DNA from: Alphaproteobacteria bacterium
GTDB taxonomy: Bacteria; Pseudomonadota; Alphaproteobacteria; UBA2966
NCBI GenBank assembly: GCA_018650465.1
Contig: JABIFY010000103.1
Span: 13,362-77,361 of the forward strand
Direction of reading: 5' to 3'
DNA length: 64,000 nt
This document shows, piece by piece, positions 35,643-43,732 of this stretch. The notes under the pieces are model-generated. The model was not told where the DNA came from. It ran no database searches and saw only the letters and a list, made by a program, of their open reading frames with translations. Every line of letters begins with the position of its first letter. Within the stretch, counting starts at the first letter, position 1. The translations under genes were made by a program, and so were the position numbers.

Positions 35643-36641
35643 CTATGTCAGGCGCTCACGCCCGTGCGGTTCGGAAAAATCTATCTCCGGGCCAGCGGGG
35701 ATGATGCCCAGGGGATTTCGTAATTCACTTTTGGAATAATAGCCTTGTTTGTAGATGTCGTGGCGCACGGTTTCAGCAATACCAGGAGTTTGATAAAGAT
35801 CGCGGGCATAGGGCCAGAGGTTGGCATAATCCGCAATGCGCCGGATATTACATTTAAAGGCCCCTACATAGGCCACATCAAATCGCGCCAGAGTCGGGAA
35901 TAATCGCCAGTCAGCTTCTGTCTGTTGGTCGCCCATTAGATAACGTCGAACCGCCAGGCGGTCATCCAACATATCCAGGGTGTCGAACAAGGCCGTTACG
36001 GCTTCGTCATAGGCGGCCTGGCTGCGGGCAAAACCGGTCCGATAAACGCCGTTATTGATGGTGTTGTATATGCGTTCATTCAAAGCGTCGATCTCGTCGC
36101 GTTGTGCCGCCGGATAATAATCGGTCTTGTCGTCTGTGAATGCATCGAAAGCAGAATTCAGCATGCGAATGATTTCGGCGCTCTCGTTACTGACCATGGT
36201 CTGGCGCTGTATGTCCCACAAAACCGGTACGGTGACGCGCCCGGTATAGTCGGGCTGGGCCTGGGTATAGATTTCATGCAAGGCTGACTTGCCGAACAAA
36301 TCATCTTTAAAGAAGGCATCGTCAGCGTCAAACACCCAGCCCTGGTCCGAGCGCCGTGGGCGGACATATGAAATTGAAATGACATCCTGCAACTGCTTCA
36401 GAATACGAAAAATCAGGGCCCGGTGCGCCCAGGGGCAATTCAACGCGACGTACAGATGATACCGGCCCGCCTCGGCCTTGAAACCACCCTCACCAGACGG
36501 GCCTGGCTCCCCATCAGGCGTGACCCAGTGTCGAATGACAGATTCCGCCCGGACAAAAGCCCCGGACTTGTCCGTATTAGTGGCTTCTGCCGCAGCCATT
36601 TGCGCATCATCCAGCCACACACCGTCGATCAGTTTCCCCAT
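35643..36641 (-). CDS. yqjG: Glutathionyl-hydroquinone reductase (Xi-class GST, YqjG/ECM4 family)
   Basis: 332 aa; near-colinear with E. coli YqjG including CPWAHR active-site motif and GRVTVPVLWD. Confidence 0.88.
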   Translation of the reverse strand: MGKLIDGVWLDDAQMAAAEATNTDKSGAFVRAESVIRHWVTPDGEPGPSGEGGFKAEAGRYHLYVALNCPWAHRALIFRILKQLQDVISISYVRPRRSDQGWVFDADDAFFKDDLFGKSALHEIYTQAQPDYTGRVTVPVLWDIQRQTMVSNESAEIIRMLNSAFDAFTDDKTDYYPAAQRDEIDALNERIYNTINNGVYRTGFARSQAAYDEAVTALFDTLDMLDDRLAVRRYLMGDQQTEADWRLFPTLARFDVAYVGAFKCNIRRIADYANLWPYARDLYQTPGIAETVRHDIYKQGYYSKSELRNPLGIIPAGPEIDFSEPHGRERLT

Positions 36642-36643
36642 TG

Positions 36644-37327
36644 TTACGAACCCTTATTTTGAAGCACAAAACTGGCCACGCTAAAATACCTGGTCGGGTA
36701 GGTCAGTTTTACCAGCACGCCGTCTTTGTCATACCAGAAATGGCCCGTGCGTTTCTTGCGCACAAAGCGATAATGCGTGGTCGGGATCAGTTGGCCATTG
36801 TGCTGAATTAGTTCTTCGCCGATACGGTCAATGGGGATGTCATTGGTGTTGCCGGTCAGGGTACTGATGATGGTGCCGCTAATTGCGGCGTCTTCGCACC
36901 ACAGCAGTTCGGTCAGGCGCGTGCCCTTGTGGTTATTGAGGCCGTCACCAGACTGAACCTCGTGATGGTCGCCGACCTGTTTCATGGTAATGGCAAAATC
37001 ATCACCATTGTCGCTGGTTTGGGCCGTCAGGGATTTCAGGCGATCCCCGGACCAGACTTCAACGGAAGAATGTTTGAAACGATAGGCCGGGATCAACAGC
37101 ACCCGGACGAGGATTTTCATGGAGACCTGAACGGTGGCCTGATCCTTGTTTTGATTGAAAGCCAGTTCCAGGCCGCCGACATTATCGTCGTCATTAAAGA
37201 TCGTGTAATTGAGTGTCTCGGAGGGCAGGGGGCAAATTTCGGCGACGGCGGCAGTTCCGGCTGACATGATCAGCAGGCACGTCGCGGTGGCAATCATCTG
37301 TCTGACCATGCCCTTGCTCATTCTCAT
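36644..37327 (-). CDS. Hypothetical secreted protein (signal peptide; unknown family)
   Basis: ORF 36644..37579 trimmed to ATG 37327 preceded by AGGAG; signal peptide MVRQMIATATCLLIMSAGTAAVAE; 2-nt spacing to yqjG start. Confidence 0.5.
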   Translation of the reverse strand: MRMSKGMVRQMIATATCLLIMSAGTAAVAEICPLPSETLNYTIFNDDDNVGGLELAFNQNKDQATVQVSMKILVRVLLIPAYRFKHSSVEVWSGDRLKSLTAQTSDNGDDFAITMKQVGDHHEVQSGDGLNNHKGTRLTELLWCEDAAISGTIISTLTGNTNDIPIDRIGEELIQHNGQLIPTTHYRFVRKKRTGHFWYDKDGVLVKLTYPTRYFSVASFVLQNKGS

Positions 37328-37340
37328 GCAGAACCGGCTC

Positions 37341-38210
37341 CTATGGCATGAAATCAAAGGCAAAGGCGTCACCCTTTGCCCGCACCCGTGTGGCATAGGG
37401 AATGCCAAAATGTTGTGGCAGTAATAAGGCATTGTGCTCACAGCAGTGCTCAAGCAAGCCTCTACGGGTGGCGCGGGCCTGGTCCGGGTCCTGGCAAAAA
37501 GCGCTGTTCCAGTCGGGAAAAGCCCCCTGAATGGCGGAATGCATGGCGTCGCCAATGAACAATCCGTTTTCACCGGCATTGCTGAGTCTCATGGCAACAT
37601 GGCCCGGTGTATGGCCGGGGGCCGGGGTGATGGTCAGGTGATCACCAATGCCATGATCACCGCTGACCAACTCGCTCAAACCTGCATCCACGACCGGCAT
37701 GATGCGATTGAGGAACGCACCATTGTTGTCCTCCGCATTTTCTGACGCCGCCGCGTTATCGAATTCGGTCTTCGAAATCACATAGCGCGCATTGGGAAAG
37801 GTTGGCACGTGACGTCCGTCCACCAGCCTGGTGTGCCAGCCCACATGATCGGAATGCAGATGAGTACACAAGACATAATCAATTTCTTCCGGCTGTACCC
37901 CGGCTGCGGCCAGATTTTCCAGATAGGGAAACTGCTGCATATGATAGGCGGGCAGACCCGGCATGTGAGTGTGGTCACCAACGCAAGTATCGATCAGAAT
38001 GGTATGCTGCGCCGTGCGCACCAGCCAGCTGTGCATGCTGACCACCAGTCGCCCCGATTGTGGATCGAAATGATTGGGCGCAAACCAGTCCATATGTGGC
38101 GCTACCAAATCAGGATCATAGTCCGGTAAAAACTTGAAGGGATCAAAAACCGGGTGCAGGCTTTCCTCGATCCTGGTTACGCTGATGTCACCAAAGTGGA
38201 ATGTTGTCAC
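37341..38210 (-). CDS. MBL-fold metallo-hydrolase (lactonase-like)
   Basis: 289 aa; HLHSDHVGW (HxHxDH) zinc motif; GTG start. Confidence 0.8.
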   Translation of the reverse strand: MTTFHFGDISVTRIEESLHPVFDPFKFLPDYDPDLVAPHMDWFAPNHFDPQSGRLVVSMHSWLVRTAQHTILIDTCVGDHTHMPGLPAYHMQQFPYLENLAAAGVQPEEIDYVLCTHLHSDHVGWHTRLVDGRHVPTFPNARYVISKTEFDNAAASENAEDNNGAFLNRIMPVVDAGLSELVSGDHGIGDHLTITPAPGHTPGHVAMRLSNAGENGLFIGDAMHSAIQGAFPDWNSAFCQDPDQARATRRGLLEHCCEHNALLLPQHFGIPYATRVRAKGDAFAFDFMP

Positions 38211-38423
38211 GTCTTATGCTCCCCGTTTGCGCTTCTCGTTTTTGTGGCGCAATTTCATATCAAATCAGGACGATGATCAATATATGCCGGGCTTTTCATT
38301 TGGGCTCTTTTTATCATGTCTGACTATCATCTCTGGCGGACGTTGCTTTCCGTTGCTTTTTTTAATCAATGGAATTCTAATGAAGCACCTTTGTGATTTT
38401 CGAACTGTATCTGGAAACGCCTC

Positions 38424-39719
38424 ATGGATGTTGGACACCCCTTACTTGACCCGAAGCGGCTGGCCGCTTTGGCGACCTATGAGGTCATGGACACGTTGCC
38501 TGATTTTGAACAGGACTGTTTGACTGAAATCGCAGCACAAATCAGTGGCTATCCGGTCGCTCTGATCAGCCTGATGGACGAGCACCGACAGTGGTTCAAA
38601 TCAAATTATGGCCTGACGGGCATGACAGAATGTCCGGCGGAAGTGTCTGTCTGTTCAGCGACGGTGTGTGCCAATGATATTATGTATGTGCCGGATTTAA
38701 CATTGGATGACCGGTTCAAAGACCTGCCAATTGTTATCGGGGAACCTAATCTTCAATCTTATTGCGGCATGCCCCTGATTAACAATGATGGATATGTGCT
38801 GGGCACTTTATGTATCGTGGACTTTCAGCCCCATGAACTTGACGTGTCACAACGCGAAGCCATTCGGCGATTGGCGCAGCAATCAATGGCCATGCTGGAA
38901 ATGCGGCGCAATGTGATTTCCTTGCAGGGGAAGGTCAAGGAACTGCAAGAGGCGAAAACCATCTCTGATGAAGAGCGGGACAAATCGGAGGCCTATCTGG
39001 ATAATATTTTTCCAAAGCTTATTGCCCATGAACTGAAAACAAAGGGCCGGGTTGAACCCAAATACCTGGATATGGCCACAGTCGTCTTTGCCGACTTTGT
39101 TGATTTCAGCCAGTTGACGGACGGCATGGAACCGGCGCGGTTAATTGAACAATTGAATCTGAATTTTGCCCGCTTTGATCAAATCGCTACTGAAAACCGG
39201 GTGGTCACTCTGAGGACGGTCGGGGATGGTTATTTGTGCGCTGCAGGATTGCCTGAAAATAACGCCACCCACGCCGTTGATGCCTGCCTGGCCGCACTGC
39301 AAATGCAACAATTTGTTGCCGCAAGCAATAAACAACGCACGATACTCAGGTTGAAGCCATGGCAGCAGAGGATCGGTATCAATACCGGGCCTTTGGTTGC
39401 GGGAATCGTCGGCACCACCCGGTTGACCTATGATGTCTGGGGAACCTCAGTTAATACAGCTGCCCGGCTTGAGCAATCCTGCGAGCCGGATCGGATAAAT
39501 ATTTCAGGCAGTACGGTTTATCAAATTCGGGACTTGTTTGAGGTTGAGCCCCGGGGTCACATCGAGATCAAAAACCTGGGCGCAATTGACATGTTTTATT
39601 TAAACAGAATTTTGCCTGAATTTTCTGCAGACGAAAATGGTTGTCTGCCCAATGACATTTTTTGGCAGAAGTTCAACGAAGGGCGTACTGCTATGACGAA
39701 TTCGCCAGCTGCCAAATAA
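38424..39719 (+). CDS. GAF sensor domain - coiled coil - class III adenylate/guanylate cyclase
   Basis: 431 aa; N-terminal GAF; C-terminal CYCc with VVFADFVDFS...TVGDGYL...GIVGTTRLTYDVWGTSVNTAARLE. Confidence 0.82.
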   Translation: MDVGHPLLDPKRLAALATYEVMDTLPDFEQDCLTEIAAQISGYPVALISLMDEHRQWFKSNYGLTGMTECPAEVSVCSATVCANDIMYVPDLTLDDRFKDLPIVIGEPNLQSYCGMPLINNDGYVLGTLCIVDFQPHELDVSQREAIRRLAQQSMAMLEMRRNVISLQGKVKELQEAKTISDEERDKSEAYLDNIFPKLIAHELKTKGRVEPKYLDMATVVFADFVDFSQLTDGMEPARLIEQLNLNFARFDQIATENRVVTLRTVGDGYLCAAGLPENNATHAVDACLAALQMQQFVAASNKQRTILRLKPWQQRIGINTGPLVAGIVGTTRLTYDVWGTSVNTAARLEQSCEPDRINISGSTVYQIRDLFEVEPRGHIEIKNLGAIDMFYLNRILPEFSADENGCLPNDIFWQKFNEGRTAMTNSPAAK

Positions 39720-39766
39720 TCAAAGGCTAAACAGGCAGTATCACCCATCCGTTCAAGGAATATTCA

Positions 39767-40267
39767 TTGTCAAATTCTGGCTTGATAACAGCTGAGTCGC
39801 TTCCCGACATTCATCAGGCAACCGTTCTGCCAGAATGGATCGACTATAACGGCCATATGAATGTGGCCTATTATGTGCTGGCCTTTGACCATGCGACGGA
39901 CGGCATGCTGGATAATATGGGGCTGGGCCAGCAACATGTAGAGAAAAATAGCAGCTCGTTTTTTGTTGTCGAAGCGCATGTGAATTATCTGGCCGAAGTG
40001 GTGGAAGGCGCACCTTTGCGCTTTACCGTCCAGATGCTGGATCACGACGACAAGCGCCTGCATTTTTTCACCCGCATGTATCACCGCGACGAAGGTTTCC
40101 TTGCCGCCACCAGCGAATGGCTGGGTGTGCATATTGATCTGGAAAAACGCCGGTCATCGACCATGCCAGTGGAGGCTATGGCTCGCCTCGCAGAAATGAA
40201 AGCCGATCACAGCGCTATCCCCTGGCCGGAACAGGCCGGACGCAAGATGGAAATCAGGCGCAAATAA
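39767..40267 (+). CDS. Hotdog-fold acyl-CoA thioesterase (4HBT/YbgC-like)
   Basis: 166 aa; thioesterase-superfamily pattern; 1-nt TAATG overlap with next ORF. Confidence 0.7.
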   Translation: MSNSGLITAESLPDIHQATVLPEWIDYNGHMNVAYYVLAFDHATDGMLDNMGLGQQHVEKNSSSFFVVEAHVNYLAEVVEGAPLRFTVQMLDHDDKRLHFFTRMYHRDEGFLAATSEWLGVHIDLEKRRSSTMPVEAMARLAEMKADHSAIPWPEQAGRKMEIRRK

Positions 40268-40704
40268 TGAACATGATTTCCGGTTTCGCCTTTGTTGCCG
40301 GTGAATCGGAAGAAGAACGGCGCGCCAAAAACACAATTTTTCTGGTTGCCGGATCTTGCTGTTTTTTTGGCGTGATCTGGTCCGCTATGTATTATTGGAT
40401 TTTTGGCTGGGGTCTGACGGCGGCTTTGCCGCTTGGTTATGCCATCCTGGTTGGGGCGTCCATCTCTGCCTCCCACGCGTCCCGCAACATTTCCTGGGCC
40501 ATCTACGCCCAGATCATCTGCATCATCTATATTACAGCCTTCATCCAGTGGAGCATCGGCGGACTGTTTGACTCAGGGTTTGTCATGGCCTGGGCCCTGC
40601 TGGGTCCCATCGGCGCATTGGTATTTTTTCCTCGGGCCAAGTCGATAATCTGGTTTGTTCTCTATTTGATAAACGTCGTGATTACTCTCGTTTTTGATGA
40701 CTAA
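40267..40704 (+). CDS. Polytopic membrane domain (5 TM) = N-terminal part of a membrane-anchored adenylate cyclase, terminated by in-frame TAA 40702-40704
   Basis: 145 aa, five hydrophobic helices; same reading frame as downstream cyclase ORF; see findings. Confidence 0.55.
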   Translation: MNMISGFAFVAGESEEERRAKNTIFLVAGSCCFFGVIWSAMYYWIFGWGLTAALPLGYAILVGASISASHASRNISWAIYAQIICIIYITAFIQWSIGGLFDSGFVMAWALLGPIGALVFFPRAKSIIWFVLYLINVVITLVFDD

Positions 40705-40707
40705 TTT

Positions 40708-41460
40708 GTGGCGCATGGTTACGACGTCAGTGAGGCCGTTCAAACGTTGTTCTTCTTCATGAACATGAGTATTTCATCCTTTGTGATTTTCCTGTTTGCC
40801 GGATATTTTGTTGCCAATGCCGCCAGCGAACGACAGCGGGCGGATGCCCTGCTGTTGAATACACTGCCAAAAGAAGTCGTGCCGGTTCTGAAGTCGGGGC
40901 AGGAGACGATTGCGGATTATTTTGAGACATCAACGATTATGTTTTGCGACATGGTTGGCTCAACGCCAATGTTTGAGGACATGAAACCGGCGGAAGTTGT
41001 CGACTGGCTGAACGAAGTTTTTACCATGTTCGACAAACTGACTGAAAAGTACGGGCTAGAGAAAATTCGCACCATCGGGGACAATTATATGGTTGCTGCC
41101 GGTGTGCCAACGCCGAGACCTGATCATGCGACGGCGATGGCTTCATTGGCGCTGGAGATGTTGCAGGGGCTGAACGATATTCCCGCCAGAGCCGGCAAAA
41201 GTATGGCGTTTCGTTTTGGTATTAACTCTGGTCCCGTTGTTGCGGGCATCATTGGCAAAACAAAATTTCAATATGACATTTGGGGCGATACCGTGAATGT
41301 TGCCAGCCGCATGGAATCTCATGGTGAAGCCGGCAATGTTCATATTTCGGCCGCGACACACGATTTGATCAAAGATGAATTCGATTGCCTTTATCGCGGC
41401 AAGACACCTATCAAGGGCAAGGATGACATGGATACCTGGTATATTGTCGGGCCAAAATAA
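40708..41460 (+). CDS. Class III adenylate/guanylate cyclase catalytic domain with one N-terminal TM helix (GTG start 3 nt after the TAA)
   Basis: 250 aa; MFCDMVGST...RTIGDNYMVAAG...GIIGKTKFQYDIWGDTVNVASRMES cyclase motifs. Confidence 0.7.
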   Translation: MAHGYDVSEAVQTLFFFMNMSISSFVIFLFAGYFVANAASERQRADALLLNTLPKEVVPVLKSGQETIADYFETSTIMFCDMVGSTPMFEDMKPAEVVDWLNEVFTMFDKLTEKYGLEKIRTIGDNYMVAAGVPTPRPDHATAMASLALEMLQGLNDIPARAGKSMAFRFGINSGPVVAGIIGKTKFQYDIWGDTVNVASRMESHGEAGNVHISAATHDLIKDEFDCLYRGKTPIKGKDDMDTWYIVGPK

Positions 41461-41468
41461 GCCCCGAT

Positions 41469-42086
41469 TTACGAAATCATAAAGACATCGTAACGCGTTG
41501 ATTTGCCGGTGATCTGATGAGATGGCGCCGCAATGTCTGCCATGGGGTCGGCTCGCAGGGGCCATTTCAGAACCACGCGTTTTGTTGCAGCTATCAAGGC
41601 TACGCGCATCAAGTCAACAGAATCTTCATCCGTGCCGACGATCTCGCGGATCAGGCGCATCTCACTTTTAACGAGGGCGGATTTTTTGCGCGGTGGGTGC
41701 ATAGGGTCCACCAGCACAACGTCCGGTGACAAATCCGGCAACAGGTCTTTAGCATCGCCCAGCAACAAGGTCATGCGGCCGATGGCGTCGGCGATCTCGC
41801 CACCCGTAGCCTGGGCCCGAGCCATGCCGTCACCCAGCAATTCATGCATTTTGGCAGAGCGTTCAATCAGCGTGACTTCGGCCCCCAGTGACGCCAGCAA
41901 AAATGCATCCCGCCCCAGACCTGCCGTGGCATCGACAATGGAGGGCGACACACCACCTTTCATGCCCACGGCCTTGGGTAAAGCCTGGCCGCGTCCACCG
42001 CCATATCTGAAGCGATGGCCAACCGCACCGCCGACAAAGTCAACGACAAGGTTTTGAGGGTCGGATGTCGTCGCTTTACCTGCCAT
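41469..42086 (-). CDS. rsmJ: 16S rRNA (guanine1516-N2)-methyltransferase RsmJ-like (N-terminally short)
   Basis: 205 aa; VDFVGGA...GGGRG...IVDATAGLGRDAFLLAS colinear with E. coli RsmJ from ~residue 50. Confidence 0.72.
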   Translation of the reverse strand: MAGKATTSDPQNLVVDFVGGAVGHRFRYGGGRGQALPKAVGMKGGVSPSIVDATAGLGRDAFLLASLGAEVTLIERSAKMHELLGDGMARAQATGGEIADAIGRMTLLLGDAKDLLPDLSPDVVLVDPMHPPRKKSALVKSEMRLIREIVGTDEDSVDLMRVALIAATKRVVLKWPLRADPMADIAAPSHQITGKSTRYDVFMIS

Positions 42087-42095
42087 ATAGTGAGT

Positions 42096-43067
42096 TTACC
42101 CGGTGGTATGCCCGCTGTCTTTGTCATAGTCCGGAATATGTCGGGTACGATGGTGGTAATCATCCTCGCCCTGGACCAGACGATGGTAGGACGTGTTGAA
42201 GACGCTGTAGGCACCGCAGCGACTGCAATCCACATCATTGCCATAACAGCAGAAAGTTCGTTCAAAATTGCCGCCATCCCCCATATATAACGGCAGGGTC
42301 GCCAACATCAGACAGTGTTCGCCCTTTTCGCCTGTGTAATCCAGACAGCGGTCCGAATACATCAGTTCCAGGGCACCGACATTAGCCTTGATCAGTGTCG
42401 GGTGCCTTTCCTTGAGGGCAATCACCCGTTTGATCACCGGGTCGCGGTCCTTCAGGTCATCCCAGGCAAGACCAGTATCGTCATTTGTGCAGGGCACATA
42501 GAAAGTGAAAGCAATGCCGTCGATGGGCCAGTCCTTGACCTCTTCAACAAAATCTTCCAGGCCTTGATCATTTTGTGCCGTCAGCACCATCTGCAACATA
42601 ACCGTGGTACCGTCTGTACGGTCGCGCGCCTGCACGGCAGCCTTTACTTTTTTAAATACCCCCTTGCCGCGAATCGGGTCGTTCAGGTCTTCCGGGCCGT
42701 CCAGCGAGACTGTGACCAGGCCGCCCGGTAAAACCGGAATGCCGTAGGTCGCATTGGTCACGATGGCGGGCATTTCAAACAGTTTGGTGGCTTCCATCAC
42801 CAGGTCTTTGCGGATCATCGGCTCGCCACCCATAAACAGCATGGATTTGATGTTGTGCTTGTCCCGCAAGGCCTCAAGGTGGCGCAACATGGTTTCATCA
42901 TTCATCTTGTCGTGGGCGTCATTGGGGTTGTCTGACCGGAAGACAAAGCAATGAGAGCACTGCAGATTACAGACATTTGTCACATTTACCAAAGCGGTTG
43001 GGTAGTCCCCGTCGCCAAAATCAGTGGGGTCTCTCAGGACATTTTCCATTATGGATTTTGCAGTCAT
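42096..43067 (-). CDS. Radical SAM protein, HpnH-like family (CxxxCxxC plus C-terminal Cys cluster)
   Basis: ORF 42096..43211 trimmed to ATG 43067 with AAGGA RBS; CNLQCSHCF; SLDGPEDLNDPIRGKGVF and C-terminal CSRCGAYSVF resemble HpnH-type radical SAM enzymes; 9 nt upstream of rsmJ. Confidence 0.7.
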   Translation of the reverse strand: MTAKSIMENVLRDPTDFGDGDYPTALVNVTNVCNLQCSHCFVFRSDNPNDAHDKMNDETMLRHLEALRDKHNIKSMLFMGGEPMIRKDLVMEATKLFEMPAIVTNATYGIPVLPGGLVTVSLDGPEDLNDPIRGKGVFKKVKAAVQARDRTDGTTVMLQMVLTAQNDQGLEDFVEEVKDWPIDGIAFTFYVPCTNDDTGLAWDDLKDRDPVIKRVIALKERHPTLIKANVGALELMYSDRCLDYTGEKGEHCLMLATLPLYMGDGGNFERTFCCYGNDVDCSRCGAYSVFNTSYHRLVQGEDDYHHRTRHIPDYDKDSGHTTG

Positions 43068-43201
43068 GGTCGGGGGTCCTTTTGGCGGGCGGGTGGGAAT
43101 AAAAGTTGCCGGTAGATAATTTTGACCCGTTCGTGGCTGCAATACAAATGAAATCAGACAAGCACTTGGACCTGACCACCTTTTGGCGTTAACGTTCAGG
43201 C

Positions 43202-43711
43202 ATGAAAACATTTTTGCAGATGCCTCTGTTTATATTGATTGTAATGATCGTTGGATTTTCTGGACAATCAGCGCAAGCTGCCTGCACCGATCCGGCGCGC
43301 CCAGAGGTCGAGTGGCGACGATGTTATTTTGACGAACGTAATTTCAAGGGCGTCAATTTAACCGGGGCCAAGCTGCGTGATGCACGGTTTATTCGGGCGG
43401 ACCTGTCTGGTTCGAACCTTACAAAAGTGGATGCCCGCCGGGCCAAGTTCATTTCAGCCCAGATCAACGGTGTTACCTTTGACGGTGGACGCCTGACCGA
43501 GGCGGATTTCACCAAAGCTAATTTGCAAAAGTCGTCCTTCATTAAAGCTGATCTGCGTCGTGCGCGTCTCAATCGTGCCAACTTGCGCGGGGCCAATCTT
43601 ACAGGGGCCAAGCTCAAAGGCGCGGATTTGCTGAACGCGGACCTTTCTGGTGCCACCTGGAGTGACGGCAAAACGATCTGCGCCGAGGGTTCCCTCGGCA
43701 TTTGCAACTAA
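43202..43711 (+). CDS. Secreted pentapeptide-repeat protein
   Basis: 169 aa; signal peptide; tandem A(D/N)LxG pentapeptide repeats. Confidence 0.78.
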   Translation: MKTFLQMPLFILIVMIVGFSGQSAQAACTDPARPEVEWRRCYFDERNFKGVNLTGAKLRDARFIRADLSGSNLTKVDARRAKFISAQINGVTFDGGRLTEADFTKANLQKSSFIKADLRRARLNRANLRGANLTGAKLKGADLLNADLSGATWSDGKTICAEGSLGICN

Positions 43712-43732
43712 TCCAACGACGATGAAGCACCC

